This document shows, piece by piece, positions 24,159-33,838 of a DNA stretch of 59,094 nt. A program made the translations under genes and the position numbers. How positions within the stretch are numbered: position 1 is the stretch's first letter; each line of letters starts with the position of its first letter. The stretch is from Actinomycetota bacterium (GTDB lineage: Bacteria > Actinomycetota > Coriobacteriia > Anaerosomatales > UBA912): the NCBI GenBank assembly GCA_023488435.1, contig JAMDCK010000057.1, positions 1-59,094 of the forward strand, in the 5' to 3' direction. Under the pieces are notes generated by a model, which worked only from the letters and a program-made list of their open reading frames with translations, was not told where the DNA came from and made no database searches.

Positions 24159-25105
24159 GCGGCGAGAAGATAGCGGTCCTGATGGGTGGGCGCTCCCTGG
24201 AGCGCGAGATATCGCTCATGAGCGGCGAGCGGGTATGCTCGGCGCTTTCCGACCTGGGCTACAAGGTCGTCCCGCTCGACCTGACCCCCGCACTCGTGCA
24301 GACGCTGCGCTCCGAGCGACCGGATGCCGCCTACATCGCTCTGCACGGCAAGTTCGGCGAGGACGGCGCGATCCAGGAGCTGCTTGAGTTCCTCGGCATT
24401 CCGTATACGGGTCCGGGCGTGATGTCGAGCGCGCTGGCGTGGGACAAGCCACTGGCCAAGCGACTTTTCGCCGCCGAGGACATCCCGACGCCCCCGTGGG
24501 TGACGCTGACCGCCGACGCGTTCAAGCAGATGGGAGCCGCCTCGGCACTCGACCTCGTGCCCGAGCGCGTGGGGGCCTTCCCGCTCGCGGTGAAGCCTTC
24601 TCGGCAGGGATCGGGCTTGGGATTGGCGCGCGTCGAATCCTCCGAGGCGCTCGCCGAGGCGCTGCTTGCGGCCTTGGGCTACGACGACTCCGCGATGATC
24701 GAGAAGTGGGTCGACGGTTGCGTGCTCGCGGTCTCCGTCTTCGACGCCGAGGACGGCCCGCGCGTCCTGCCGCCTGTCGAGATCGTCGCGAAGGGCGGGA
24801 TCTTCGACTTCGGCGCGATGTACACGGCTGGCGAGACCGACTACTTCGCACCAGCGCGCCTGGACGCGCCGGTGATGCGCGAGGTCACGCGGATCGCGGC
24901 CCGTGTGCACACGCTGCTCGAGTGCAGGGACGTGTCGCGGGTGGACATGGTCGTGGACGCAGACGGCACGCCGTGGGTGCTGGAGTGCAACACCTCGCCC
25001 GGGATGACCGAGCTCTCGCTGCTGCCAATGGCCGCAGCAGCCGACGGGATGTCGCTCACCGATGTGACCGACAGGCTCGTTAGGGCCGCTCTGGCAAGGG
25101 GCTGA
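24155..25105 (+). CDS. ddl: D-alanine--D-alanine ligase
   Basis: 316 aa. GGRSLEREISLMSG, HGKFGEDGAIQELLEFLGIPYTG and ECNTSPGMTE motifs. The GTG start overlaps the aminotransferase stop. Confidence 0.93.
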   Translation: MSGEKIAVLMGGRSLEREISLMSGERVCSALSDLGYKVVPLDLTPALVQTLRSERPDAAYIALHGKFGEDGAIQELLEFLGIPYTGPGVMSSALAWDKPLAKRLFAAEDIPTPPWVTLTADAFKQMGAASALDLVPERVGAFPLAVKPSRQGSGLGLARVESSEALAEALLAALGYDDSAMIEKWVDGCVLAVSVFDAEDGPRVLPPVEIVAKGGIFDFGAMYTAGETDYFAPARLDAPVMREVTRIAARVHTLLECRDVSRVDMVVDADGTPWVLECNTSPGMTELSLLPMAAAADGMSLTDVTDRLVRAALARG

Positions 25106-25589
25106 CCGACCTCGCCCGGACAGGGACCTCGGCCGGACCGCCTTCACGCATGCGAACCGCCGAGAAGGACTCCACGAACTCCTCGACCATGCTTTGGGTC
25201 GAGGGCGAGAGATCGCAGCCGAACTCCAGGTCGCTGACGGGGAACTCCACCAGCAGAACCCGCCACGGGCACTTGCCGTAGAGCTCGACTGCGAGATCGA
25301 GGACCTGCTGGGGCGAGAGGGTGTGCGACATCGGTCGCGCGCTACCGCGCCTGCACCCGCTCCCGGGGTGCACCTCGCTGACCTCGACGCGCTCGGCTTT
25401 CACGCTGGCATCGAGGAAGACCACGCTCTGGTAGCGGGAGATGACTTCGGCGATCTCGGGCGTGAGCTGGGCGAGGCTCAGCAGGTCCACGTCGTCGTGG
25501 GCCGCGGCGATCTTCTCGGCAGCTATGCGCCCGGCTCCGTCATCGCGTCGCATGTCGTTACCGAAGCCGATCACGAGCGTCCGTGCCAC
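25080..25589 (-). CDS. hoxW: [NiFe]-hydrogenase maturation endopeptidase
   Basis: 169 aa. N-terminus LVIGFGNDMRRDDGAG is typical of HybD/HoxW proteases. Lies immediately downstream of the large subunit. Confidence 0.85.
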   Translation of the reverse strand: MARTLVIGFGNDMRRDDGAGRIAAEKIAAAHDDVDLLSLAQLTPEIAEVISRYQSVVFLDASVKAERVEVSEVHPGSGCRRGSARPMSHTLSPQQVLDLAVELYGKCPWRVLLVEFPVSDLEFGCDLSPSTQSMVEEFVESFSAVRMREGGPAEVPVRARSVSPLPERP

Positions 25590-25590
25590 C

Positions 25591-27033
25591 TCAGCGACTC
25601 CGCTCGCTAAGCACTCTGCCTGCCGAGTCGATCAACTGCACCTGCAGCGGCATCTTCCCGATCGCGTGCGTCGAGCAGGAGAGACAGGGGTCGTAGCAGC
25701 GGATGCCGGCCTCGATGCGGTTGAGGGCTCCCTCGGTGATCGATCCGCCGTGGACGTAGTGCGAAGCGAGTTGCCGAACGGTGGCGTTCATCGCCTGGTT
25801 GTTCTGCGCGGTGGCGATCAACATGTTCACCTGCTGGATGACCCCGTCTTCGTCCACATGATAGTGGTGGAAGAGCGGGCCTCGGGGAGCCTCGCACACG
25901 CCGACGCCCTCCAAGCGGTTGATCATAGCCTTCGAGCGGATGTCCTCTCCCAGGATATCGGGATCGCCGAGCAGCATCTCGATCTTCTCAACCGCGAACA
26001 GGATCTCGATCAGACGCGCGTAATGGTAGTAGAACGGGTTGCCCATCACATCGCGATCGGCAGACAGCGAAAGGAGCTTTTGGCGCTCCGCCTCGGCCAG
26101 GGGGGTCTCGATGTAATCGCAGACGCTCAGCCGAGCAAGCGGACCGACTCGATACGCACCTCTGTCATAGCCCAACGGCTTGTAGTACGGGAACTTCAGG
26201 TACGACCACTCAGTCGAACGCTCGCCCAGATACTCGGTGTACTCCATGGGATCGAGTTGATCGGCTACGGTTTCGCCGTCGCTGTCCCGCATGCGAAGCT
26301 TGCCGCCGTAGTATTCGAGCCCTCCATCCTCGCTGACAAGGCCGACGGACAGTGACGGCGTACCGTCGGAAAAGCTAGGGATCTCGTGCGCGAACTTCGC
26401 GTGGATACCCTCGAGGATCTCAAGTGCCATGAACGTCGTCTCCATGGCCTCCGGAATCCAAGCCAACAAGCGATCCCGGTCCGATGACTTCAGCGCCTCA
26501 CGGACCCCTCCCGGCACCGCCCAAGGCGTGTGTATGCGGCGACCACCGAGTGTCTCGATGATCTCCTGCCCGAATTTCCGAAGCCGGATACCCCGCCGGA
26601 CGACATCCTTGTGCTCCGCCATCAGCCCGAACACGTTACGCGTCGCCGGGTCGGCATCGAATCCCAACAAGAGGTCGGGCGAGGACAGGTGGAAGAAGCT
26701 CAGCGCATGCGATTGAGTCCATTGCGCCAAGGTAAGAAGCCGACGCAGTTTCTCGGCAGTTTCAGGAATCCCGATCGCGAGTATGGCGTCGCCCGCTTTC
26801 GCCGAGGCTATCAGATGACTCGCAGGGCAGATGCCGCAGATGCGCGATGTGATGCCGGGCATCTCCCACAATAACCTTCCCTCGCAGAATTTCTCGAATC
26901 CGCGAAACTCAGTCACGTGGAAGCGGGCGTCGTTCACCTGTCCATCGGCGTCTAGATGGATGGTGATCTTCGCGTGACCCTCGATTCGGGTCACGGGTTC
27001 GATGGTGATGGTCCTTCGAGATGCCATGCTCAT
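25591..27033 (-). CDS. hoxH: NAD-linked (group 3-type) [NiFe]-hydrogenase large subunit
   Basis: 480 aa. RIEGH, N-terminal [10 protein letters not shown] and C-terminal [10 protein letters not shown] Ni-binding motifs. Confidence 0.92.
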   Translation of the reverse strand: MSMASRRTITIEPVTRIEGHAKITIHLDADGQVNDARFHVTEFRGFEKFCEGRLLWEMPGITSRICGICPASHLIASAKAGDAILAIGIPETAEKLRRLLTLAQWTQSHALSFFHLSSPDLLLGFDADPATRNVFGLMAEHKDVVRRGIRLRKFGQEIIETLGGRRIHTPWAVPGGVREALKSSDRDRLLAWIPEAMETTFMALEILEGIHAKFAHEIPSFSDGTPSLSVGLVSEDGGLEYYGGKLRMRDSDGETVADQLDPMEYTEYLGERSTEWSYLKFPYYKPLGYDRGAYRVGPLARLSVCDYIETPLAEAERQKLLSLSADRDVMGNPFYYHYARLIEILFAVEKIEMLLGDPDILGEDIRSKAMINRLEGVGVCEAPRGPLFHHYHVDEDGVIQQVNMLIATAQNNQAMNATVRQLASHYVHGGSITEGALNRIEAGIRCYDPCLSCSTHAIGKMPLQVQLIDSAGRVLSERSR

Positions 27034-27051
27034 CCTTGCTCGCGGGCGGGC

Positions 27052-27588
27052 TTAGCCATACTTCAAGTACGCAGTCGGTAGATTGGGGATTCTGCCAGCC
27101 ATCAGCTCGCTTAGCGCAAACCAGATCTGATCGGGCGATGGCGGACACCCATGAAGGAATGCATCCACCTTGATGACGGCGTGAAGGGGCAACGCTCTCG
27201 GCATCAGCTGGGCGATGGAAGTTGCCCTCGACGGCAGAACCGAGGCGTCATCTGCAAGCTCACCGTAGGAGCGTTGAACGATCTCCTCGGCGGCGAACTG
27301 ATTGCGCATCGCCGAGATGTTACCTGTGGTGGCACAATCGCCGAACGAGAGGACGAACTTCGAATTGCGACGGATTATATGCGCCATCTCCTCGTTTTCG
27401 GTGTTGGAAATCGCCCCCTCGACCAGGGTGACATCGACATCGCTCGGGAAGTGTTTGATGTCGACAAATGGGGAGTAGACCAGCTCTGCTAAGTCGGCAA
27501 ACTCGATTAGGCGCTCATCAAGATCGAGAAATGACATGTGGCAGCCCGAACAGCCGCTGAGCCAGACGCTCGCGATACGCGATTTCAT
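27052..27588 (-). CDS. hoxY: [NiFe]-hydrogenase small subunit (NuoB-like)
   Basis: 178 aa. The SVWLSGCSGCHMSFLD proximal-cluster motif, short form typical of group 3 enzymes. Confidence 0.88.
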   Translation of the reverse strand: MKSRIASVWLSGCSGCHMSFLDLDERLIEFADLAELVYSPFVDIKHFPSDVDVTLVEGAISNTENEEMAHIIRRNSKFVLSFGDCATTGNISAMRNQFAAEEIVQRSYGELADDASVLPSRATSIAQLMPRALPLHAVIKVDAFLHGCPPSPDQIWFALSELMAGRIPNLPTAYLKYG

Positions 27589-28319
27589 TTACTCACCCTG
27601 TCTTCCGCCACCCATTCGCCTGTCTTCCGAGCGGTGACGATGTATCTCACGAATTCGCGATGCTTCTCCATTTCGGCCACTGTCTGGCCTTTCTCGAACA
27701 GCGCCCCTGTCGGACAGACCCACACGCACTTGCCACACGAAGTACAGCTCTCCGATGTACCCCAGGCTTGGTCCATGTCGGCGACGATGGTGCATTGGAT
27801 GCCTCGGCCGGCGATGTCCCACGTGTGGGCGCCTTCGACCTCGTGACACACGCGCACACACCGTGTGCAAAGGACGCAGCGGTTCCTGTCCAGCACGGAG
27901 TCTTTGTGCGTCGCGTCCAGAACCCGCTTGGGGTGCAGGTAGGGGAAGCGCACATACTCCAACCTGACTTCATACGCTAGATCTTGGAGTTGGCAGTGGT
28001 CGTTGACGACGCACACAGCGCACTGATGGTTTCCTTCCGAGGCCAGCAGCTCAATGAACATGCGACGGTAGCGTTGAAGGCGCTCGGAATCCGTGTAGAC
28101 CGACATCCCTTCAACCGGCCTGGTTACGCAAGCGGGAAAGAGCTTCTCCTGTCCCTCGATCTCAACGAGACAGAGCCTACATGAGCCAACATCCGTGAGG
28201 CCTTCCAGGTGACACAAAGTGGGAATCTGGATTCCGTGTTGGCGCGCGATTTGAAGCAGAGTTTCGTCGTCCTTGCCGCTGACCTGCTCGCCGTTTATCG
28301 TCAGGGTTAGAATAGCCAT
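27585..28319 (-). CDS. hoxU: diaphorase iron-sulfur subunit (NuoG N-terminal-like, 2Fe-2S plus 4Fe-4S)
   Basis: 244 aa. TLTINGEQV...CHLEGLTDVGSCRLCLVEI plant-type ferredoxin start, followed by CxxCxxC clusters. Confidence 0.88.
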   Translation of the reverse strand: MAILTLTINGEQVSGKDDETLLQIARQHGIQIPTLCHLEGLTDVGSCRLCLVEIEGQEKLFPACVTRPVEGMSVYTDSERLQRYRRMFIELLASEGNHQCAVCVVNDHCQLQDLAYEVRLEYVRFPYLHPKRVLDATHKDSVLDRNRCVLCTRCVRVCHEVEGAHTWDIAGRGIQCTIVADMDQAWGTSESCTSCGKCVWVCPTGALFEKGQTVAEMEKHREFVRYIVTARKTGEWVAEDRVSK

Positions 28320-28323
28320 GATG

Positions 28324-29979
28324 TCACTTTTCTCTCATGGGGACGCCGGAGTCGAGATCGGAGGCCTCGTAACCCTCAAGGGGCTTCAGGCGCTTTTCGT
28401 ACTCTTCGCGGAAGAAGCGGAGGGTTGAGAGAACAGGATTGGGTGCGGACTGCCCGAGACCACACAGGCTCGTTTCCTTCACCATCATGCACAGCTCCTC
28501 CAGAAGCGTGATGTCCTCGGCGGAAGCCTGTCCTGCAGAGATCTTGTCGAGAAGCAGATACAGGTGCTTTGTTCCCACGCGGCAAGGGGTGCATTTGCCG
28601 CAGGACTCGTCGACGCAGAACTCCATGAAGAACTTCGCCACGTCCACCATGTCAGAGTCTGAGTCCATTACAATCATCCCGCCGCTGCCCATCATGGACC
28701 CCACGGCTTTCAGTGATTCGTAGTCCACGGGAAGATCTAGATGCTTTTTGGAGATGCAGCCTCCAGAAGGTCCGCCTGTTTGTGCGGCCTTGAAATCCTT
28801 GTCGTCCGACGTCCCTCCGCCGATATCAAAGATGATCTCCCGCAAAGGCATCCCCATGGGGACTTCTATGAGGCCCGTGTGCTTGACTTTGCCAGTGAGT
28901 GCGAAGATCTTGGTCCCCGTGCTCCCCGGAGTGCCGATTCCTGCAAACCAGCCTCCACCCTTAGTGACGATCGACGGGATATTTGCGAGAGTCTCGACGT
29001 TGTTGATGACTGTAGGTGCGCCGAACAGTCCCTTCTCCGAAGGATAGGGCGGACGGGGACGGGGACGACCTCGGCGGCCTTGTATCGAGCGAAGCAGGGC
29101 CGTTTCCTCTCCGCAGACGAATGCTCCGGCACCGATCCTCAGGTCGATGCGGAAGTTGAACTGTGATTCGAAGATACGATGGCCCAACAATCCAAGTCGC
29201 TCGGCTTGCCGGATGGCAATCTTCAGGCGCTTGATGGCGAGAGGGTACTCAGCGCGCGTGTAAATGTAGCCCTGATTCGCTCCGACGGCGTAGGCCGCAA
29301 TTGCCATGCCCTCCAGGATGCGGTGTGGATCCGACTCGAGGAGATTTCGATCCATGTAGGCCCCCGGATCGCCCTCATCCCCGTTGCATATCACGTACTT
29401 CTGTTCGCCCACGGACTTGCGCGAGACATCCCATTTTAGTCCCGTTGGATACCCTGCACCTCCTCGTCCGCGCAGGCCGCTCTTGCGTACCTCATCGATG
29501 ATTTCTTCTGGCTGCATCTCTGTGATGGCTTTTGCCAGTGCCGTATAACCGCCGACGGCGATGTACTCTTCTATGCGCTCTGCGTCGATCTTGCCGCAGT
29601 GCTCCAGCACGATCTTGGTCTGCGAGGCGAAGAATGGATCCTGCTGATCCAGCAGGTTATCGTCGACGACTTCTCCGGCAACGAGGTGTCGATCAACTAT
29701 CTCTCGAGCGAGGGGTTCGCCCACCTTCTTGTACAGCGCATTTTCTTTTTCGAGCATCACAAGCGGACCTAGGGCACACAAACCCATGCACCCTGTGTTG
29801 ACGACCTCGACTTCGTCCTTGAGGTCACCATCGTTGAGTGCTCCTTTGAGTGCTTCACGGGTTCCCTCGCTGTTGCACGCAATGCACCCTGTTGAAGAGC
29901 AAACCAGTACGCGGTTCGTGAACTTCTGTTGACGAGCCTGCTCCTTGTGAGCAACTTGGTAGAGCTCTTCTGGTGTCAT
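28324..29979 (-). CDS. hoxF: diaphorase NAD(H)/FMN-binding subunit (NuoF-like)
   Basis: ATG 29979 overlaps the hoxE stop (ATGA). [22 protein letters not shown] motif, [10 protein letters not shown] 4Fe-4S motif, N-terminal thioredoxin-like 2Fe-2S module. Confidence 0.9.
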   Translation of the reverse strand: MTPEELYQVAHKEQARQQKFTNRVLVCSSTGCIACNSEGTREALKGALNDGDLKDEVEVVNTGCMGLCALGPLVMLEKENALYKKVGEPLAREIVDRHLVAGEVVDDNLLDQQDPFFASQTKIVLEHCGKIDAERIEEYIAVGGYTALAKAITEMQPEEIIDEVRKSGLRGRGGAGYPTGLKWDVSRKSVGEQKYVICNGDEGDPGAYMDRNLLESDPHRILEGMAIAAYAVGANQGYIYTRAEYPLAIKRLKIAIRQAERLGLLGHRIFESQFNFRIDLRIGAGAFVCGEETALLRSIQGRRGRPRPRPPYPSEKGLFGAPTVINNVETLANIPSIVTKGGGWFAGIGTPGSTGTKIFALTGKVKHTGLIEVPMGMPLREIIFDIGGGTSDDKDFKAAQTGGPSGGCISKKHLDLPVDYESLKAVGSMMGSGGMIVMDSDSDMVDVAKFFMEFCVDESCGKCTPCRVGTKHLYLLLDKISAGQASAEDITLLEELCMMVKETSLCGLGQSAPNPVLSTLRFFREEYEKRLKPLEGYEASDLDSGVPMREK

Positions 29980-30500
29980 ACGGGCACCTCGTCGCCGCTT
30001 TCTTCCCACTGCTTGATGCGGCGCACCGCGTCCTCGGGACTCAGTTCGCCTGCAACAACGTCGTCCAAAATGGCCACAGGCGCGAGTCCGCAGGCGCCTA
30101 CACATCGCGCGGCGATGAGCGAGATGCTTCCATCGTCGGTCGTGTCGCCGAATTTGATTCCGCAATGGCACTCGACGGCTTCCTGAACTGCTCCGGCGCC
30201 TTTCACATAGCAGGCAGTCCCAGTGCAGAGCACGAAGACATGTTCGCCGCTAGGCTTGAGCCGGAAGAAATGATAGAAGGTCGCCACACCGTACACACGG
30301 CTGAGCGGAAGTTTCAACTTGTGCGCCACATATGTGAGTAGATCGCTCTCGAGGTACCCGAATATTCCCTGCGCCGCGTGAAGGACCTCGATCAGTGCAT
30401 ACCCGCTGTGCTGATGTTGGGCGATTGCCCGATCCAACAACTTGTAGCGGCTGTCGCCGTCGGGCTGGTCAGATTTGTGTCTGTCTTTGGCCTGCGTCAC
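29976..30500 (-). CDS. hoxE: diaphorase 2Fe-2S subunit (NuoE-like)
   Basis: 174 aa. [14 protein letters not shown] and [10 protein letters not shown] cysteine motifs. Confidence 0.88.
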   Translation of the reverse strand: MTQAKDRHKSDQPDGDSRYKLLDRAIAQHQHSGYALIEVLHAAQGIFGYLESDLLTYVAHKLKLPLSRVYGVATFYHFFRLKPSGEHVFVLCTGTACYVKGAGAVQEAVECHCGIKFGDTTDDGSISLIAARCVGACGLAPVAILDDVVAGELSPEDAVRRIKQWEESGDEVPV

Positions 30501-30750
30501 TCTTCCCCCATCGTTCCGCCAACGGGTCCTAGATCCGCCTTAGCTCCCGAGATCAGCAACCCGCGACACGTTGCGTCCTCGTTGGATTATACCCAACGCA
30601 TGGGCGTGACGCCGCACCCTACGGGAGTTTCCACGCGCAGTCCAGAAGAAATGCCGAGATGACCCCACACGGCAGAGTATAGTGTGGCACAATGGGGCAT
30701 CGATGGTTCGAATTGGGGGCAGGGGTCTGATGCAAGGAGGTCGATTCTGC

Positions 30751-32091
30751 ATGACATCCAACTTGGTTGACTCGGCAGGCACCCAAAGCTCGACGGGTTC
30801 TCACGGTGCGGCGTCGATGGTTTCCGTCCGCTCCCTGGAGAAGAACTACGGATCCTTGCGAGCCGTGGACGGCGTCTCCTTCGAGGTCGCTCGCGGTGAG
30901 ATCTTCGGGCTCCTCGGCCCCAATGGTGCTGGGAAGACCACGTGCCTGGAGATGATGGAGGGACTGAGGAGGCCTGACGCCGGGACGATCACCATAAGCG
31001 GGATTTCCGTCTGGCCGGATCCAACCAAGGTCAAGAGGCTGATCGGCGTGCAGACGCAATCGACCGCCTTCTACGAGGAGCTGACGGTGCAGGAGGTCCT
31101 GCGCCTCTTCAGCGCGCTCCACGGGAGGCGACTTCCCAAGCGAGCCATAGAGGATCTGCTCGACCTGAGCGGACTTGCCGAGAAGCGCAAGGCTTACACG
31201 CTCGCGCTTTCGGGCGGGCAGAAGCAGCGACTGGCAATCGCCATTGCGCTCGTCAACGAACCGGAGCTGGTCTTTCTCGACGAACCCACCACCGGCCTAG
31301 ACCCGCAGGCCAGACGCCGGACCTGGGAGGTCGTCAAGGAGCTGAGGGATAGGGGCAAGACCATCATCCTGAGCAGCCATTACATGGAGGAAGCCGAGTA
31401 CCTTTGCGACCGCCTGGCCATCATCGACTACGGGAAGATCATTGCGATGGACACGCCTGCGCGACTCGTCGGCCAGCTGGGAAGAAAGGCGCGGATCAGC
31501 TTCACGGCGAGCCGCCCGATCGAAGGGACCTCGCTGGGGTTGGCGGGCTCCGAGGTGGGAGCACCGGACTCTGAAGGCGAGCAGACACTGCTCGTCGCCA
31601 TTGCGCTCGTCAACGAACCGGAGCTGGTCTTTCTCGACGAACCCACCACCGGCCTAGACCCGCAGGCCAGACGCCGGACCTGGGAGGTCGTCAAGGAGCT
31701 GAGGGATAGGGGCAAGACCATCATCCTGAGCAGCCATTACATGGAGGAAGCCGAGTACCTTTGCGACCGCCTGGCCATCATCGACTACGGGAAGATCATT
31801 GCGATGGACACGCCTGCGCGACTCGTCGGCCAGCTGGGAAGAAAGGCGCGGATCAGCTTCACGGCGAGCCGCCCGATCGAAGGGACCTCGCTGGGGTTGG
31901 CGGGCTCCGAGGTGGGAGCACCGGACTCTGAAGGCGAGCAGACACTGCTCGCCGAGAACCTGGACGATGCTATCACTGTCCTCCTGCGCACCGCACACGA
32001 TCAAGACATCGAGATCAAGAACCTACAGGTCAGGACCGCTAATCTTGAAGACGTGTTCCTTACGCTGACCGGAAAGGAGCTCCGGGATTGA
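30751..32091 (+). CDS. ABC transporter ATP-binding protein (ABC-2/DrrA-like) carrying an in-frame 119-codon tandem duplication
   Basis: Walker A GPNGAGKTT and signature LSGGQKQR. Walker [13 protein letters not shown] and H-loop SSHYMEE each occur twice. AAGGAGG lies upstream of ATG 30751. Confidence 0.85.
   Translation: MTSNLVDSAGTQSSTGSHGAASMVSVRSLEKNYGSLRAVDGVSFEVARGEIFGLLGPNGAGKTTCLEMMEGLRRPDAGTITISGISVWPDPTKVKRLIGVQTQSTAFYEELTVQEVLRLFSALHGRRLPKRAIEDLLDLSGLAEKRKAYTLALSGGQKQRLAIAIALVNEPELVFLDEPTTGLDPQARRRTWEVVKELRDRGKTIILSSHYMEEAEYLCDRLAIIDYGKIIAMDTPARLVGQLGRKARISFTASRPIEGTSLGLAGSEVGAPDSEGEQTLLVAIALVNEPELVFLDEPTTGLDPQARRRTWEVVKELRDRGKTIILSSHYMEEAEYLCDRLAIIDYGKIIAMDTPARLVGQLGRKARISFTASRPIEGTSLGLAGSEVGAPDSEGEQTLLAENLDDAITVLLRTAHDQDIEIKNLQVRTANLEDVFLTLTGKELRD
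31238..31951. repeat. perfect tandem duplication, 2 x 357 bp (31238-31594 and 31595-31951)
   Basis: The two units read identically by eye. The offset of 357 nt (119 codons) keeps the frame. Confidence 0.95.
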
Positions 32092-33188
32092 TGGCGTTCA
32101 TAGAGCTTCTCAAGGCCAACACGCGCATGCATCTGCGCAATCGCAACTCGCTTTTCTGGCATTTCGCGTTCCCGTTGGGGTTCATGGTCCTCTTCGGGTT
32201 CCTCGTCGGGCAAGGCGATAGACAGGCCCCGATCAACATCGGTCTGTCTGGCGACCCGACTTGGACCCAGCATGTTGAGACCGCATTTGGCGGGATAGAG
32301 GAGGTGGAGATCACCAAAGGCGAGCAGAATGTGCTCGTGGAGGGACTCAGGGTTGGCGAACAGCACGTCGTCATCGTCTTCGATCCGCAGGCCACAGAGT
32401 CGGGTCAGCCGATCCAGGTAGAGATCCTATACGATCCGGGCGACGCGATGGGTACCGGTGGAGTAGCGCGGACGATGGTCATGGGCGTGCTGGATGGCAT
32501 CGCCAAGCAGGCCCAGGGAGCCCCCGAGTTGTTCGTGATCGAAGAAACCAGCGTGCTGGTCGACGAACTGCCTTTCATCAGCTTCCTGATGCCGGGGATA
32601 ATCGGGATGTCGGTGATGTTCTCGTGTCTGTTCGGAGTGGCCAGCCCACTGGTGACCGAGCGCGAGAAGGGCATACTTCGGCAGGTGAAACTGACCACAG
32701 TCCGGACACCGGTGTTCCTCGCGGCCAAATCCGCAGGCATGACCGTGCTCGCCTTTCTGCAGGCACTTATCATCATCGGGGTAGGGATGCTCCTGTTCGA
32801 TGTGGAGATCAGCGGCAGTCTTGTGGGCGCATCAGTCGTTCTATTCATGGGCGCGATGATGATGGTGGCGCTCGGGATGCTCGTCGCCGGAATCGCTGGC
32901 AGGGTCGAGTCGGTGGACTCGATCGCCCAATTGATCGCAATGCCGATGATGTTTTTGGCTGGCACCTTCTTTCCCATCGACATGGCTCCGAGTTGGCTGC
33001 GTGGTATTGCTGAGGTTTTGCCGCTGACTTATCTGAACAGTGGCCTGCGGGATACTCTGGTGGGCGGGCAGTCACTTGGGGATATCAAATCTGCACTGAT
33101 TGCCATGGCTGGGTGGACTCTAGTATTCATCGCAGCTGCCTCGATCCGATTCAGGTGGGAGCCACAGAAGAAGAGCAACGGCGGATAA
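32088..33188 (+). CDS. ABC-2 type transporter permease
   Basis: 366 aa. One N-terminal TM helix, a large extracytoplasmic loop, then about 5 C-terminal TM helices. The start overlaps the ATPase stop (ATGA). Confidence 0.85.
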   Translation: MMAFIELLKANTRMHLRNRNSLFWHFAFPLGFMVLFGFLVGQGDRQAPINIGLSGDPTWTQHVETAFGGIEEVEITKGEQNVLVEGLRVGEQHVVIVFDPQATESGQPIQVEILYDPGDAMGTGGVARTMVMGVLDGIAKQAQGAPELFVIEETSVLVDELPFISFLMPGIIGMSVMFSCLFGVASPLVTEREKGILRQVKLTTVRTPVFLAAKSAGMTVLAFLQALIIIGVGMLLFDVEISGSLVGASVVLFMGAMMMVALGMLVAGIAGRVESVDSIAQLIAMPMMFLAGTFFPIDMAPSWLRGIAEVLPLTYLNSGLRDTLVGGQSLGDIKSALIAMAGWTLVFIAAASIRFRWEPQKKSNGG

Positions 33189-33201
33189 GAAAGAGCCAGC
33201 G
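33158..33201. repeat. 44-nt direct repeat, copy 1 (3' end of the ABC permease gene)
   Basis: ggagccacagaagaagagcaacggcggataagaaagagccagcg. 41/44 identical to 33741-33784. Confidence 0.9.
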
Positions 33202-33340
33202 GGCCCCACAGGCGTGTCGAGCACTCAACAAGATGGGTATAAGCTACTTGGGCGATGCATCTCCGTCGGATTTCGGAGAGCACTGTGGGACAGCCCGAAA
33301 ACTAGGCGACTCTCTTAAACTGGGAGAGGTGAGTGTAGCA

Positions 33341-33697
33341 ATGGACGACGCACTCGATCGATCAGCTACCCAGCCGTTCACTGCGGAAGAAATCATCGAC
33401 GCCTTACCGTTTTTTGTGATGGTGCTCGATTCCAATCATCAAGTCATTCAATCGAACACCTACTTTGTCAAGTCAACAGAGAGCGTCCAAGAAGGGTGTC
33501 CATTGCACTGCTATCGTGCGATGCACAACAAGGACGCCCCTCATCCCGATTGCCCGCTGGTCGAGTCGATCAACACAGGGCTGCCGGTGACGAGGCTCAT
33601 CAGCGAGGATGGAAAGACGCTCAGAGTCACTGTTTATCCGCTTGCTGAACGAACACCTTTCGGCGCCCTGTATCTGCATTTCGCAGAAACTATGTGA
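33341..33697 (+). CDS. stand-alone PAS-domain protein with Cys-rich motif
   Basis: 118 aa from ATG 33341 (GGGAGAGGTGAG upstream). FFVMVLDSNHQVIQSNTYF...GCPLHCYRAMHNKDAPHPDCPLVESINTG...RVTVYPL fits the G.xCYxxxH....P...CP PAS subtype. No output domain. Confidence 0.6.
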   Translation: MDDALDRSATQPFTAEEIIDALPFFVMVLDSNHQVIQSNTYFVKSTESVQEGCPLHCYRAMHNKDAPHPDCPLVESINTGLPVTRLISEDGKTLRVTVYPLAERTPFGALYLHFAETM

Positions 33698-33740
33698 AGA
33701 GCTTGCCATTTGGCCCGAGGGCGTCCTCGAACACAGGGCT

Positions 33741-33784
33741 GGAGCCACAGAAGAAGAGCAACGGTGGATAGAAAAGAGCCAGCG
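33741..33784. repeat. 44-nt direct repeat, copy 2
   Basis: ggagccacagaagaagagcaacggtggatagaaaagagccagcg. The three differences keep the reading EPQKKSNGG* (ggc to ggt, taa to tag). Confidence 0.9.
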
Positions 33785-33807
33785 CGTCTCCTAGAAGACT
33801 CGCTGGC
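33778..33807. terminator. bidirectional hairpin terminator between the PAS/ABC unit and the convergent S8 protease gene
   Basis: gccagcg-c-gtct / agac-t-cgctggc stem. Followed by ccttt on the plus strand and tcttttc on the minus strand. Confidence 0.5.
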
Positions 33808-33838
33808 CCTTTGCGTGAGCCATGGGCAGCGGCTCTAT

